From: Patescibacteria group bacterium
GTDB taxonomy: Bacteria > Patescibacteriota > Minisyncoccia > Phycocordibacterales > Phycocordibacteraceae
Length of the DNA: 64,000 nucleotides
Direction of reading: 5' to 3'
Assembly: GCA_029260935.1 (NCBI GenBank)
Contig: JAJDCJ010000008.1
Span: forward strand, 3,905-67,904
The notes below the pieces were generated by a model. That model had not been told where the DNA came from. It did no database searches and saw only the letters and a list, made by a program, of their open reading frames with translations. Shown here piece after piece: positions 37,117-46,987 of this stretch. Both the position numbers and the translations under genes were made by a program. The first letter of the stretch is position 1. Each line of letters begins with the position of its first letter.

Positions 37117-39555
37117 ATGATACACACTAAACAAAAACTGATAGCATTTCTCATTCCTGTCCTACTCTTTTTCGGTGCGTGGATTTCTTTTGATATAGGA
37201 AATATATTTTTTGACTCACATTCCTTTGTGGCGGAGGCAGCAGGTAGTTTTGAAGATGGTACTGGTGGATTTTTTGAACGCATTGATGGCGGAGGAGGAG
37301 GCGGTGGTTTTGGTGGTGGCTGTGGTGGCTGTGGTGGCGGAGGTTTCTTTGGCGGAGGAGGAGGCGGAGGTGGAGGTGGTTTCACTCCCACAGACCCCAT
37401 CCTCCCTCTCTGTTCACTCAACCTGTACAGAAATACAATTTCGTGGACAACACACGACACCGTGAGCGTAACCATTAGTCCGCTCACTAACTCACCATCG
37501 CTTGGTGTTACATTCGCACCTAATGGCTCTCAGACATTTGTACCACCGCTTGGTGTCGGTACCCACTCATACAAATTGTTTGCATTTGGTATACAGGGGT
37601 CCGTAACTTGTCAGGAAACAATTGTGGTTCCTCCACTTCCACCACCTCCACCACCACCTCCAGTTGACGGGCCAACGTGTACATTAGATCTTTCAAAACA
37701 AAACATTGTATGGACTACCACGAATGCGGCAGGTCTTACCTTGGCACCAACCACGGCGTCACCGCTTGTGGGGAATAACCTTACCTTGAGTGGTTCAAAA
37801 GTATTTAATCCAAACCTAGGAACAGGTACCCACACCTATCGTTTGGCAGTGTTGGGACTTAACGGTGATCAGGTAACGTGTGAGGAATCACTCACCGTAC
37901 CGCCCCCACCTCCACCTAACGCACCGTTCTGTGAGTTGAGTGCCACCCCGTCTCTTGTTGATTCAGGAGATACCACAACCCTTCTATGGAATACACAAAA
38001 CGTAACATCTTTGGAGATTGACCAAGATATTGGTTTAGTAGTACCAACCAGTGGAGGGTCAAAAGTAACACCCACTATCACCACCACTACTACCTACACC
38101 GGTACTGCCCTTGCCTCAAACGGAGATACGGCAACGTGTAGTGCGACAGTTACTGTCACACCACCACCTCCGCCCTCGGGACCATCTTGTACACTTTCAG
38201 TAAATAAGGCACACATTAATCCAGGTGAGAGTATAGAAGTTTCGTGGACGTCCAGTAATGTAACGAGTGGTTTTGTTGATCATAATGTCGGTACCACATC
38301 TCCAGTTTCCTCAGGGTTCATAACTATCTTCCCATCGGACGACACAGAGTACACAGGAACATTCACTGGTCCCAATGGCGACGCTGTATGTTCTGCAACG
38401 GTTACCATTCAAAAAAGTGTCTGTACAGGAAACTGTGGCGGCGGTATCAATCCTCCAACAGTTGTATTGTTTGACACTCCTAATGAACAGCCACTTGCCT
38501 TTGTCTCACTTTCGCAAATTCCCTACACAGGTTTTGAGGCAGGAGTATTACTCACGTTTGCATTCTGGTTCGCCGTTGTGCTGTGGAGTATTGCAATGAC
38601 CTATATCTTTGTTGGGAAAACGAGCATTCGTTACTTAGCGAGTCATATACTTGGTCTTGATACACTCATCCACACGCGTTTTAACGCCCGGAGAAACACT
38701 CTGTCTTCAGACAATGGCCAGCACAAGCATCTTGAGTTAGGTTTGGAAGGATACGAAGAAAATGACGAGGCGCATGCATCAGTTGAGAGTGAGTATTTGT
38801 CCTCTGTCGCTCCAGCGCCTACTCAACCTATAGAACATATTTCTGCAGTAGACGAACTGGTTTCTAGTTTGTCTACCTCTACGGCACCAGCGCCACTACA
38901 CACTGAAGAGTCAGTAAGTAGCAGGCAAGCGCACGACGGCATCCCTGACCTTATGGACGTGCTTGAGTCTCGCGCAAACGCAGCAGGAGTACTTGTCTCA
39001 GGTGACACGTTCCATACGGTCGCAGAACTTTCAAACGAGCGTTCAGAGGTATTAAAATTGTTTGGGGATATTCTAAATGAGGCAGTTAAAACCCTTCCTC
39101 GCCAAGACGGGTGGATACACCTTTCTTTACCTACGCTAGAAACAATAGTGTCCAGTCTTACATTGTCAATAGGCACTGCGACACCAAAACCACTTACCCC
39201 ATTCACATCAAAATCTAGAATTATTACTGATTCGGCTGCAGAGAGAATTGTTCAAGCGATAGTAACCGGCAGTCGTGACGAGGCATTTTCTTTGGTAAAG
39301 CAACTTGAGGAAAGTAATGTCAGCGCAACGAAAGTGATTGCCGACATCGCAACGCTATGCGACCAACTTTACAAAGCACGAAAAGACAACACATCGCTTG
39401 AAAATGTTCTCCTTTTGGAGAAGGCAGGCGAAGTGCCTCTTGAGCGCCTCCATGCAGTTGCAGTCTTCTTCTCAGAAGCACTCAGCACTACCTATGCACT
39501 TCCATACACAGGGGTAAAGATAGCACTCGCCCAGGCGTTTGATAACCACACATAA
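37117..39555 (+). CDS. Cell-surface protein with a Gly-rich segment and four or more Ig-like Cys-containing repeats separated by poly-Pro linkers. It carries an internal IPYTG + TM + basic sorting-signal-like segment (aa 468-505), about 300 further residues, and a LPYTG near the C-terminus.
   Basis: 812 aa. Signal peptide. 'GGGGGGFGGGCGGCGGGGFFGGGGGGGGGG'. Repeats 'PPPPPP..C.L...W.T.N......G..Y.......G....C...TV'. 'IPYTGFEAGVLLTFAFWFAVVLWSIAMTYIFVGK'. It immediately follows the sortase gene. Confidence 0.65.
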   Translation: MIHTKQKLIAFLIPVLLFFGAWISFDIGNIFFDSHSFVAEAAGSFEDGTGGFFERIDGGGGGGGFGGGCGGCGGGGFFGGGGGGGGGGFTPTDPILPLCSLNLYRNTISWTTHDTVSVTISPLTNSPSLGVTFAPNGSQTFVPPLGVGTHSYKLFAFGIQGSVTCQETIVVPPLPPPPPPPPVDGPTCTLDLSKQNIVWTTTNAAGLTLAPTTASPLVGNNLTLSGSKVFNPNLGTGTHTYRLAVLGLNGDQVTCEESLTVPPPPPPNAPFCELSATPSLVDSGDTTTLLWNTQNVTSLEIDQDIGLVVPTSGGSKVTPTITTTTTYTGTALASNGDTATCSATVTVTPPPPPSGPSCTLSVNKAHINPGESIEVSWTSSNVTSGFVDHNVGTTSPVSSGFITIFPSDDTEYTGTFTGPNGDAVCSATVTIQKSVCTGNCGGGINPPTVVLFDTPNEQPLAFVSLSQIPYTGFEAGVLLTFAFWFAVVLWSIAMTYIFVGKTSIRYLASHILGLDTLIHTRFNARRNTLSSDNGQHKHLELGLEGYEENDEAHASVESEYLSSVAPAPTQPIEHISAVDELVSSLSTSTAPAPLHTEESVSSRQAHDGIPDLMDVLESRANAAGVLVSGDTFHTVAELSNERSEVLKLFGDILNEAVKTLPRQDGWIHLSLPTLETIVSSLTLSIGTATPKPLTPFTSKSRIITDSAAERIVQAIVTGSRDEAFSLVKQLEESNVSATKVIADIATLCDQLYKARKDNTSLENVLLLEKAGEVPLERLHAVAVFFSEALSTTYALPYTGVKIALAQAFDNHT

Positions 39556-39565
39556 TTAAAAATAT

Positions 39566-39931
39566 ATGTCACTAGAAAAAAGAAATACACCAGAAAGAAA
39601 TCTACGTACAGGAGTTGAAACGTCTCCTAAGCGCGAGCAGATCACACTCCCCAGATTAGATGCGTCTCCTGTCCACACTACCGCCTTACATGAACCAACC
39701 ACTTCACTTGCAACACACTGGAGAACTCAGCGCCGTAATCCTAAAGCTGGCGAAACCCCATTTAGCAAATCTCCTTTTACTCCAGGTTGGAAAGTAATAG
39801 GAGCTTCGCTCATGACCATTAGTGCTTTCTTGTTAGTGTTTACTTCAGGCCCTGCAGGCCCTGCCGCTTTAGGTTTTATTGTGGGACTCAGTGTAATTTT
39901 TGCAGACCTGTTTGGATGGACTCCAAAATAA
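39566..39931 (+). CDS. Hypothetical small membrane protein
   Basis: 121-aa ORF with a C-terminal TM 'ISAFLLVFTSGPAGPAALGFIVGLSVIF'. Confidence 0.45.
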   Translation: MSLEKRNTPERNLRTGVETSPKREQITLPRLDASPVHTTALHEPTTSLATHWRTQRRNPKAGETPFSKSPFTPGWKVIGASLMTISAFLLVFTSGPAGPAALGFIVGLSVIFADLFGWTPK

Positions 39932-39955
39932 TAAAAACAAAATAATAAAAACTTA

Positions 39956-39994
39956 CCCCCCCATTACGGAAGTCTGACTTCCGTAATGGGGGGG
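39956..39994. repeat. REP2 palindromic element (7-C/G arms), followed at 40009-40022 by a REP-A core
   Basis: Perfect palindrome ccccccc-ATTACGGAAGTCtGACTTCCGTAAT-ggggggg. Confidence 0.8.
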
Positions 39995-40008
39995 GTTGGG
40001 TCAATGAA

Positions 40009-40022
40009 GGACGTCCGACGTC
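40009..40022. repeat. REP-A core (GGACGTCCGACGTC) with imperfect arms
   Basis: Exact core match; arms tgaag...cttca with a bulge. Confidence 0.6.
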
Positions 40023-40114
40023 GCTATTTACTTCATATACCCTGCTTCAAACAGAGCCCTTGACAAAATACAGTATAGGAGTATACTAGTAGAGTAATAA
40101 TTAAATATAAATAT

Positions 40115-40402
40115 ATGTCACAACCATTTACACGAGAGAATTATTCTGACCGAGGAGTCAACGCATTTTTTGTCCGAACAGCAGTAGGCGCCGTAGTTCC
40201 AGCTGTCGTAGGAGGAGCAGTGGTAGCCGAGAATACGTTTGATTTTTTTGATGAGTTAGATTTTTCAGCAGGAGAGATCTTTGGATTGTCGGTTATTGCA
40301 GCAGTAGTGGGTATGTTTGTAGGAAGTCTCTTAGGCCTTAAACGACAAGATAAGATATATGATGCGGCAGGCACGTATCCTAGTGAAAGTGAGTCTAACT
40401 AG
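40115..40402 (+). CDS. Hypothetical small membrane protein
   Basis: 95-aa ORF with two hydrophobic segments. Confidence 0.45.
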   Translation: MSQPFTRENYSDRGVNAFFVRTAVGAVVPAVVGGAVVAENTFDFFDELDFSAGEIFGLSVIAAVVGMFVGSLLGLKRQDKIYDAAGTYPSESESN

Positions 40403-40420
40403 AGAGTCTCGTTGCTCAAC

Positions 40421-40450
40421 AAAAAAACCACCCTCTCGGTGGTTTTTTTG
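40421..40450. terminator. Bidirectional rho-independent terminator (aaaaaaaCCACCctctcGGTGGttttttt) between convergent genes
   Basis: GC-rich stem flanked by an A-run and a T-run. Confidence 0.7.
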
Positions 40451-40469
40451 TTTTAAGTAAGAAGCGCAC

Positions 40470-42221
40470 CTAATCAAGAGCTCTCTCTTTTATCTTTTTA
40501 AGAAGGGTTTCAAGTATCTTCTCTAGCTTTTGAGCGCCTTCGCTACCCCCACGCCCCTCAACAGTCACCGTGTTTGACTCAACTTCTTTGTCGCCAATGA
40601 CAAAGAAGTAGGGAACTTTTTCAAGCTTTGCTTGGCGTATGCGTTTGCCAAGTGATTCGTCGCTGGCATCAAGTTCAACGCGAATTTTTTCGTCTTTAAG
40701 TTTTTGGGCAACTTCTTTAGCATATTCAACGTGTTTTTCAGAAACTGGTAATACTTTGACTTGAATAGGCGAAAGCCAGAGAGGATAGGCCCCGTTAAAA
40801 TGTTCAATTAAAAGTGCCAAAAACCGCTCATACGAGCCGAGGATAGCGCGGTGAATCATAACTGGTGTTTTCTTTGATCCGTCGCTGTCGGTGTACTCAA
40901 GTTCAAATCGTGCCGGCATAGCAAAGTCTATTTGAACAGTTGCAAGTTGTCGTTCACGACCAAGCGCATCGGTAAACATAAAGTCAAGTTTTGGTCCATA
41001 CAGTGCCGCTTCGCCCTCCATGCGTCGTGCGTCAAGTTTCATGTCGTCTGATACTTGCTTCAGCAAAACTTCTGCCTTTTCCCAGTCTTCATCAGTTCCT
41101 ATATATTTTTCAGGAGTATGAGGGTCTCGCACAGAAAGCGACACCCAGTGGTTTCCCCACATACCAAGCGCAGAATAGAACTCTTTTATAATATTCACGA
41201 TGTTTTTTGCTTCATCCGCTACTTGATTGATGCGGCAGAAGACGTGGCCATCGTCAACGGTAATGGCACGTACGCGGGTAAGACCTCCAATTTCTCCCGG
41301 CTGTTCGTCCCGATACTGCATCGTACTTTCCATAAAGCGAATGGGGAGGTCGCGGTAGCTTCTCGGTTCGCTTGCATAAATTTGCGTATGATGCGGGCAA
41401 TTCACTGGTTTTAGAACGAACTCATCATATTTACTTTGTACCGTGAGTAGCTCGTCACCGAATTTTTCAGCGTGCCCAGATATTTCATAGAGTCGGCGTT
41501 TTGCCATGTGGGGTATGGTGACAGGTTGCATGCCATAACGCTTGCTAATCTCGAGTAGTGCTTCATATAGGGCGCCTCTGAGCGCTGTGCCCTTTGGTGT
41601 AAAGAGTGGCAGGCCGGCGCCAACAAGTTCTGAAAATGTCCACAGTCCCTGTTCTTTACCTATTTTTCTATGGTCGCGTTCTTTCATTTCTTCGCGCATA
41701 TGCTCGTACTCCTCTAACTCTTCTTTAGTATCAAACGCGAGTCCGTAAATACGGGTGAGCATGGTGTTGTGCTCATCGCCACGCCAATAGGCGCCAGCTA
41801 TACGGTCAAGTTTGAATGAGTCAGGAGCAATGTCTTTTGCAGGGCTTTCACTATGTCCACCACGACACAGGTCGGTGAAGGTTCCTGCCGTATAGAGTGT
41901 GGTATCTTCACCACGCTCGTTGATTTCATCAATTAACTCAATCTTATATTCATTTCCTTTAAACGCTTCTTTTGCTTCCTCCAGAGTTACTTTTGTGCCC
42001 TCCATCGCGTGCCAGCTTTTTAGCATTGAACGCATCTCTTTTTGAATTTTTTTCAAATCCTCCTCAGTTGGTTTCTCGCCTCCTCCAAAATCAAAATCAT
42101 AATAAAAGCCATTTTCAACAGCCGGACCAATAGTCGTCTTGGCGTGAGGGAAATACTTTAAAACAGCGGCTGCCAGCAGGTGGGCAAGAGTATGGCGTTT
42201 TTGATCAACTGAATGTTCCAT
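40470..42221 (-). CDS. thrS: Threonine--tRNA ligase, N-terminally truncated form lacking the TGS domain
   Basis: 'HTLAHLLAAAV' editing-domain HxxxH. Class II motifs 'FRNEDIDATH...', 'RVRAITVDDGHVFC' and 'GPKLDFMFTDALGRERQLATVQIDFAMPARF'. Anticodon-binding C-terminus. 583 aa. Confidence 0.9.
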   Translation of the reverse strand: MEHSVDQKRHTLAHLLAAAVLKYFPHAKTTIGPAVENGFYYDFDFGGGEKPTEEDLKKIQKEMRSMLKSWHAMEGTKVTLEEAKEAFKGNEYKIELIDEINERGEDTTLYTAGTFTDLCRGGHSESPAKDIAPDSFKLDRIAGAYWRGDEHNTMLTRIYGLAFDTKEELEEYEHMREEMKERDHRKIGKEQGLWTFSELVGAGLPLFTPKGTALRGALYEALLEISKRYGMQPVTIPHMAKRRLYEISGHAEKFGDELLTVQSKYDEFVLKPVNCPHHTQIYASEPRSYRDLPIRFMESTMQYRDEQPGEIGGLTRVRAITVDDGHVFCRINQVADEAKNIVNIIKEFYSALGMWGNHWVSLSVRDPHTPEKYIGTDEDWEKAEVLLKQVSDDMKLDARRMEGEAALYGPKLDFMFTDALGRERQLATVQIDFAMPARFELEYTDSDGSKKTPVMIHRAILGSYERFLALLIEHFNGAYPLWLSPIQVKVLPVSEKHVEYAKEVAQKLKDEKIRVELDASDESLGKRIRQAKLEKVPYFFVIGDKEVESNTVTVEGRGGSEGAQKLEKILETLLKKIKERALD

Positions 42222-42279
42222 AATATATAAAATAATAGCACAACCACCTTATATAGTGATATCTTCTCAGTACCCGACC

Positions 42280-42316
42280 CCCCCCATTACGGAAGTCTGA
42301 CTTCCGTAATGGGGGG
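42280..42316. repeat. REP2 palindromic element, followed at 42331-42344 by a degenerate REP-A core (GGACGCCCAACGTC)
   Basis: Perfect palindrome with 6-C/G arms. The downstream 29 nt match the sequence following the 39956 copy. Confidence 0.8.
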
Positions 42317-42664
42317 TAAGAGTCAATGAAGGACGCCCAACGTCACTATGTTTGGAATAACAAGAAATACTGAAAACAGTGTTGGGTTAAAAAACACTCA
42401 GGATTATTCAGGATATGATATAGAGAAGATATGATTATTCCTTCTTTTAGGGAAAAGAGGGCTGGGAAAGAGTCTGATAAAAATTATACTGACCTTACGG
42501 TACTCTCAGCTCTTTCTATTTCGCTCATAACTTCATATGAAGATTTTGAAGACTGGGAAATTGAACGAAGGAACATCTGTTCTGATCAATGTGACAACGC
42601 TGGTTTTCGGACATTCAGTATGGATTGGCTCTTATGTGTCATTCGCTGTATGAGGGGGAATTAA

Positions 42665-45600
42665 TTACAACTTCTTAACTTTGTCAATAAGTATAGACTG
42701 TTCATCATTTCGTTTTGATACTTTCCCTTTAATTAAAACACAGGTACCTGCAACCAGTGCATCTTTTGAGTCTTGGTAGACTTTCGGGAATGCCACGGTT
42801 TCAATTGCATCATTCCTGTCACAAATAGTGAAAAATCCCATACGGTCTCCTTTTTTGGTAATAATAGTTTTTGCCTGCTCAACCACCCCGCCGATAATTA
42901 CAGGGAAACCATTGCGGTCCTCGTCAAGCGCCGCTCGTATAGAATCTTTGTATTTCTCAAATGTCTCAGGGTGTTGGTCAATTGGGTGACCGGACACGTA
43001 AATGCCTAACAGTTCTTTTTCCCACGCGAGTTTATCGCTCAGCGGGGTCGTATCTTCTTGCGAAATATCAAGCTGTGGCGTGTGTGCCTCAAGGGTAAAC
43101 AATGCATTTTGGTTTTCAGGCACGTCACTTTTTCTTGTTTGTAATGCAAGTATTTCGTCAATGCGCTCAAACATTTCTTTTCTGTCGCCAAACGAGTCAA
43201 GAGCTCCTGCTTTTATGAGTGCTTCAATTCCTCTTCGGTTAAGCACCTGCGCTGGCACACGTGAAGCCAAGTCTCCAATACCACTAAAAATATTTTCCTT
43301 CCTTTTTTCAATAATTGAATGTGCGCCACCTTCACCAAAGTTTTTAATTGAATTGAGCCCAAAGCGAATAGTATTGTCGTCAATAACAGTAAACGTCCAC
43401 TCAGATTGATTGACATCAGGAGGAAGCACGGTAATACCTAATCGGACACATTCGGCAACGTGAATGGCTATTTTATCAACATTGCCGGCGTCGGCCGTCA
43501 TTAAAGATGCCATGTAGTCGGCGGGGAAGTGTGTTTTCATATAGGCAGTCTGATATGCCACTTTTCCATAACTTGCCGCGTGCGCCTTATTAAAACCGTA
43601 CGCAGCAAACGGCTCAATCAACGCCCAAATATTTTTTGCCCGTTCTTCGGAAATGTTTCCGTGCTCAACACATCCGGAAATAAACTTCTCTTTCTGCGCC
43701 TCCATTTCAGCAGGGATTTTCTTACCCATGGCCTTCCTTAGATTGTCCGCCTCAAGCCATGAGTAGCCTGCAATTTCAATGGCAATCAATAGCACGTCGT
43801 CCTGGTACGTGATGATACCGTATGAACGCTCTAAAATTTTCTCCATGCGCGGGTCAAGATACGTAACCAACTCAGGATTTTTTTTCCGTGCAATGTAAGC
43901 AGGGATTGATTCCATAGGTCCCGGCCGATACAGCGCTACCATAGCGTTAATATCATCAATTGAAGATGGTTCAAGCTCTTTCAAATAGCGTGTCATTCCA
44001 CCACCACTCAGCTGGAACACTCCTTCGGTATCACCATGCCCAAGCGCTTCAAATACTTTTTTATCATCAAAGGAAATGGTATCTATATCAACCTCAATAT
44101 TTTTTCGTGCGCGTACCCGTGTGACAACACCTTCAAGAATTGAAAGAATAGTAAGCCCCAAGAAATCAAATTTCAAAAGCCCGGCATCTTCAACGGCGTG
44201 CATATTGTACTGCGTAATAACTGCCTCTCCGTGTGGGTCGTACTGCACGGGTACAAAGTCGGTAACAGGCGACGGTGCGATAACAATACCGGCGGCATGA
44301 ACTGAAATATGGCGTGCATTTCCCTCAACGCGTTTGGCGGTGTTTATAATAGTTTCAACATCCTCATCTTCTTGATAGAGCACACGGAGCTCCTCCTCCA
44401 TTTCAAGTGCCTTGTCAATAGTCATGGGGAAGCCTTGGCTGCCAAAAGGAATAAGCTTGGCAATGCGGTCGCCCACGCCATATCCATAGCCAAGACTGCG
44501 CGCAACATCGCGCACGGCAGCACGCGCCATCATGGTGCCGAAGGTTCCAATTTGTGCTACTTGTTCTGTGCCGTATTTTTTCTTTGCATACTCCAATACT
44601 TCTTCGCGACGTATGTCAGCAAAGTCCATGTCAATATCAGGTGCTTTTGGTCGCTCCGGGTTAAGAAAACGCTCAAAGGGTAGTTTGTACGCAATCGGGT
44701 CTATGCTGGTAATACCGACAAGAAAGGACACGAGGGAGCCGGCCGCGCTTCCTCGTGTTGTTGCCACAATCCCACTTTCTTTTGCAAACCGCAGTAAGTC
44801 AGACACTACGAGAAAGTACGGCGCAAATCCTTTGTCGTTAATAATTGAAAGTTCATACTTGATACGTGTCTCTACTTCTTTTGTTTTCTTCATCCCATGC
44901 GCACTCAAACCTTCCTCGGTTATTTTGCTGAGCTCTTGCTCGTAGGTAGTGCCTGCAGGAATAGGAAGATTAGGGAACAACCACGAGCCAAGTGACAAGG
45001 TAATTGAAATACGAGAAACAATAGCGTCTATGTTTTGGAGTGCGTCAGGGTATTCTCGGTAGCGCTCTTCAAACTGTTGCGGGCTTATAAATGTGCGGTC
45101 ATTACCGTCTCTGTGTGCGCTCGGGTCTGCAATTTTTCGCACCACATCACGCGCGTCGCAGTCTTCTTCTTTTAAATAGTACACACCGTCGCCGGCGACC
45201 AAAGGTAATCCCATCTCGCGCGCGCGTGTGGCGTGTGTATGTATATCGTCCCGCGTGCCATTCCACCCAAGGCGTGCAAACACCTGATCTTTGCCGAAAA
45301 TTGAAACCAGTGTTTTTGCCAGTGAGGCACCACCTGAGACAATAGCGCTTTCAGGAACAAGGACAATGAGGTTTTCTTTGTAGGCGCTCAGATGTTCCTC
45401 AGTTGCTCGCACATTTCCTTTTTCTTCAAGCTGTGCAGCTGACACTAGTTTTATAAGGTTGTGATACCCGTTCGTGTTTTCGGCAAGTACAATAATATGT
45501 GCACGCGTATCGGCAACCATGACATCAAGGTCAACACCAAGTAGTGGTTTTATTTCAGCCTTCTCACACGCCTTGTAAAATTCAATGGCGCCGTACATGT

Positions 45601-45736
45601 TATTGCGGTCAGTAACGGCAAGCGCCTCCATGCCATAGTTTTTTGCTTTACTAATCAGGTCGCCAATCTGAGGGAGGCCGTCAAGTAAGCTATAGTGTGA
45701 GTGAATAGAGAGATGAACAACAGACATACTAGCCAT
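42665..45736 (-). CDS. dnaE: DNA polymerase III alpha subunit
   Basis: PHP domain N-terminus 'VHLSIHSHYSLLDG'. Pol III alpha core motifs. 1023 aa. Confidence 0.9.
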   Translation of the reverse strand: MASMSVVHLSIHSHYSLLDGLPQIGDLISKAKNYGMEALAVTDRNNMYGAIEFYKACEKAEIKPLLGVDLDVMVADTRAHIIVLAENTNGYHNLIKLVSAAQLEEKGNVRATEEHLSAYKENLIVLVPESAIVSGGASLAKTLVSIFGKDQVFARLGWNGTRDDIHTHATRAREMGLPLVAGDGVYYLKEEDCDARDVVRKIADPSAHRDGNDRTFISPQQFEERYREYPDALQNIDAIVSRISITLSLGSWLFPNLPIPAGTTYEQELSKITEEGLSAHGMKKTKEVETRIKYELSIINDKGFAPYFLVVSDLLRFAKESGIVATTRGSAAGSLVSFLVGITSIDPIAYKLPFERFLNPERPKAPDIDMDFADIRREEVLEYAKKKYGTEQVAQIGTFGTMMARAAVRDVARSLGYGYGVGDRIAKLIPFGSQGFPMTIDKALEMEEELRVLYQEDEDVETIINTAKRVEGNARHISVHAAGIVIAPSPVTDFVPVQYDPHGEAVITQYNMHAVEDAGLLKFDFLGLTILSILEGVVTRVRARKNIEVDIDTISFDDKKVFEALGHGDTEGVFQLSGGGMTRYLKELEPSSIDDINAMVALYRPGPMESIPAYIARKKNPELVTYLDPRMEKILERSYGIITYQDDVLLIAIEIAGYSWLEADNLRKAMGKKIPAEMEAQKEKFISGCVEHGNISEERAKNIWALIEPFAAYGFNKAHAASYGKVAYQTAYMKTHFPADYMASLMTADAGNVDKIAIHVAECVRLGITVLPPDVNQSEWTFTVIDDNTIRFGLNSIKNFGEGGAHSIIEKRKENIFSGIGDLASRVPAQVLNRRGIEALIKAGALDSFGDRKEMFERIDEILALQTRKSDVPENQNALFTLEAHTPQLDISQEDTTPLSDKLAWEKELLGIYVSGHPIDQHPETFEKYKDSIRAALDEDRNGFPVIIGGVVEQAKTIITKKGDRMGFFTICDRNDAIETVAFPKVYQDSKDALVAGTCVLIKGKVSKRNDEQSILIDKVKKL

Positions 45737-46324
45737 TATATAGTAGGAGTGGATGAAGCGGGAAGGGGACCACTTGCGGGCCCCGTTACAGTTGCTGCCG
45801 TTGCCTTTCTTGTTCCCTTTGAGTACGCCCTTTTTAAGGATGTGCGCGACTCAAAAAAACTCAGCGCAAAAAAACGTGAATACTTTGAGGGGCTCGTACG
45901 GGAGTTAGAAAAACAAGGTATGGTGCGTGCCTGTATGCACTCTTCTCCTGAAGGGTATATTGACCAACATGGTATTGTCCGTGCCACCCAATCCGCACTT
46001 GAAAAAGCACTTGTACGTTTGAATCTCCCTCCCGAACAGTGCCATGTGTATCTGGACGGTTCCCTCAAGGCACCTGCAGTGTTTGAAAAACAAGAGACTA
46101 TTATAAAAGGGGATGAAACTGTACTTCCTATTACACTAGCCGGTATCATGGCAAAGACAACTCGCGACGCCTATATGCATACAGTATCAAAGCAGTATCC
46201 CGCATATAGTTTTGAAACTCACAAAGGGTACGGGACAAAGAAACACTACGAGGCACTTGAACAACACGGAATGTGCCCACTCCACCGCAGGACTTTTATA
46301 GACTTGACAAAGCATATAAAGTAG
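45701..46324 (+). CDS. rnhB: Ribonuclease HII
   Basis: 'IVGVDEAGRGPLAGPVTVAAV' and 'DSKKLS'. The start overlaps the dnaE start on the opposite strand. Confidence 0.85.
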   Translation: MNREMNNRHTSHYIVGVDEAGRGPLAGPVTVAAVAFLVPFEYALFKDVRDSKKLSAKKREYFEGLVRELEKQGMVRACMHSSPEGYIDQHGIVRATQSALEKALVRLNLPPEQCHVYLDGSLKAPAVFEKQETIIKGDETVLPITLAGIMAKTTRDAYMHTVSKQYPAYSFETHKGYGTKKHYEALEQHGMCPLHRRTFIDLTKHIK

Positions 46325-46573
46325 TTTAAGATATTTTTCATATGGTACAAAAACCCGGAAATGAATCCTGTAATCGCTTTTATTCAGATAATAAATATGC
46401 ACTGAATGCTTCTCTCGTTTTCTCTGTAGCTCTCGCAGTCATAGCTCTTTTATCAGGCGACCTCAACATGGAGCGTATTGACCCTACGTGGCTTGACCGC
46501 AACTAAGGTACGATTTTATTTATTTAAAAATACGGTACTATAGACAAACGAACAGTATTTTAACTCTAACTAT

Positions 46574-46948
46574 ATGAATGATATACAACAGACAGATGGA
46601 GGTTCAGTTGACCCAAACATGGCGGCAAAAGTGATGGCGCTCTTTGGAAAAATAGACGGAACCCTTAATGAACTTAATATAGACACGCGTGACAAAAAGC
46701 AGGTTCAGCAGAATCTTATGGAGGCAATAGCCGCTGATTTATTGGTACGCTTGGGCAGTAAAATGGATGACGAAGGCAAGGAGAAACTTGCTGAATTGAG
46801 TAAAAACAAGGGTGAACCCAACCTTGCAGAAATCTCTGGCTTCTTCCGTGAGTCATTTTCACAAGAAGAACTTCTTGAAGATTTATCCCTTGCAATTGAG
46901 AGCGTTCTCTCTGATTTTGTCGCCGAAATGACTACGGGAGCGTCATAA
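46574..46948 (+). CDS. Hypothetical protein
   Basis: 124-aa ORF, helical/acidic. No recognised domain. Confidence 0.4.
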   Translation: MNDIQQTDGGSVDPNMAAKVMALFGKIDGTLNELNIDTRDKKQVQQNLMEAIAADLLVRLGSKMDDEGKEKLAELSKNKGEPNLAEISGFFRESFSQEELLEDLSLAIESVLSDFVAEMTTGAS

Positions 46949-46987
46949 ACTTGCAATGTAGCCGTTTTAATGTAAGATTTCTTTCAT

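Noticed and set aside
36984-37487. 167-aa ORF on the minus strand full of poly-proline (PPPPPPPPPPPKKPPPP)
   Set aside because: It is the antisense of the Gly-rich GGN-repeat stretch of the real plus-strand surface protein gene at 37117-39555. This is a low-complexity artefact.
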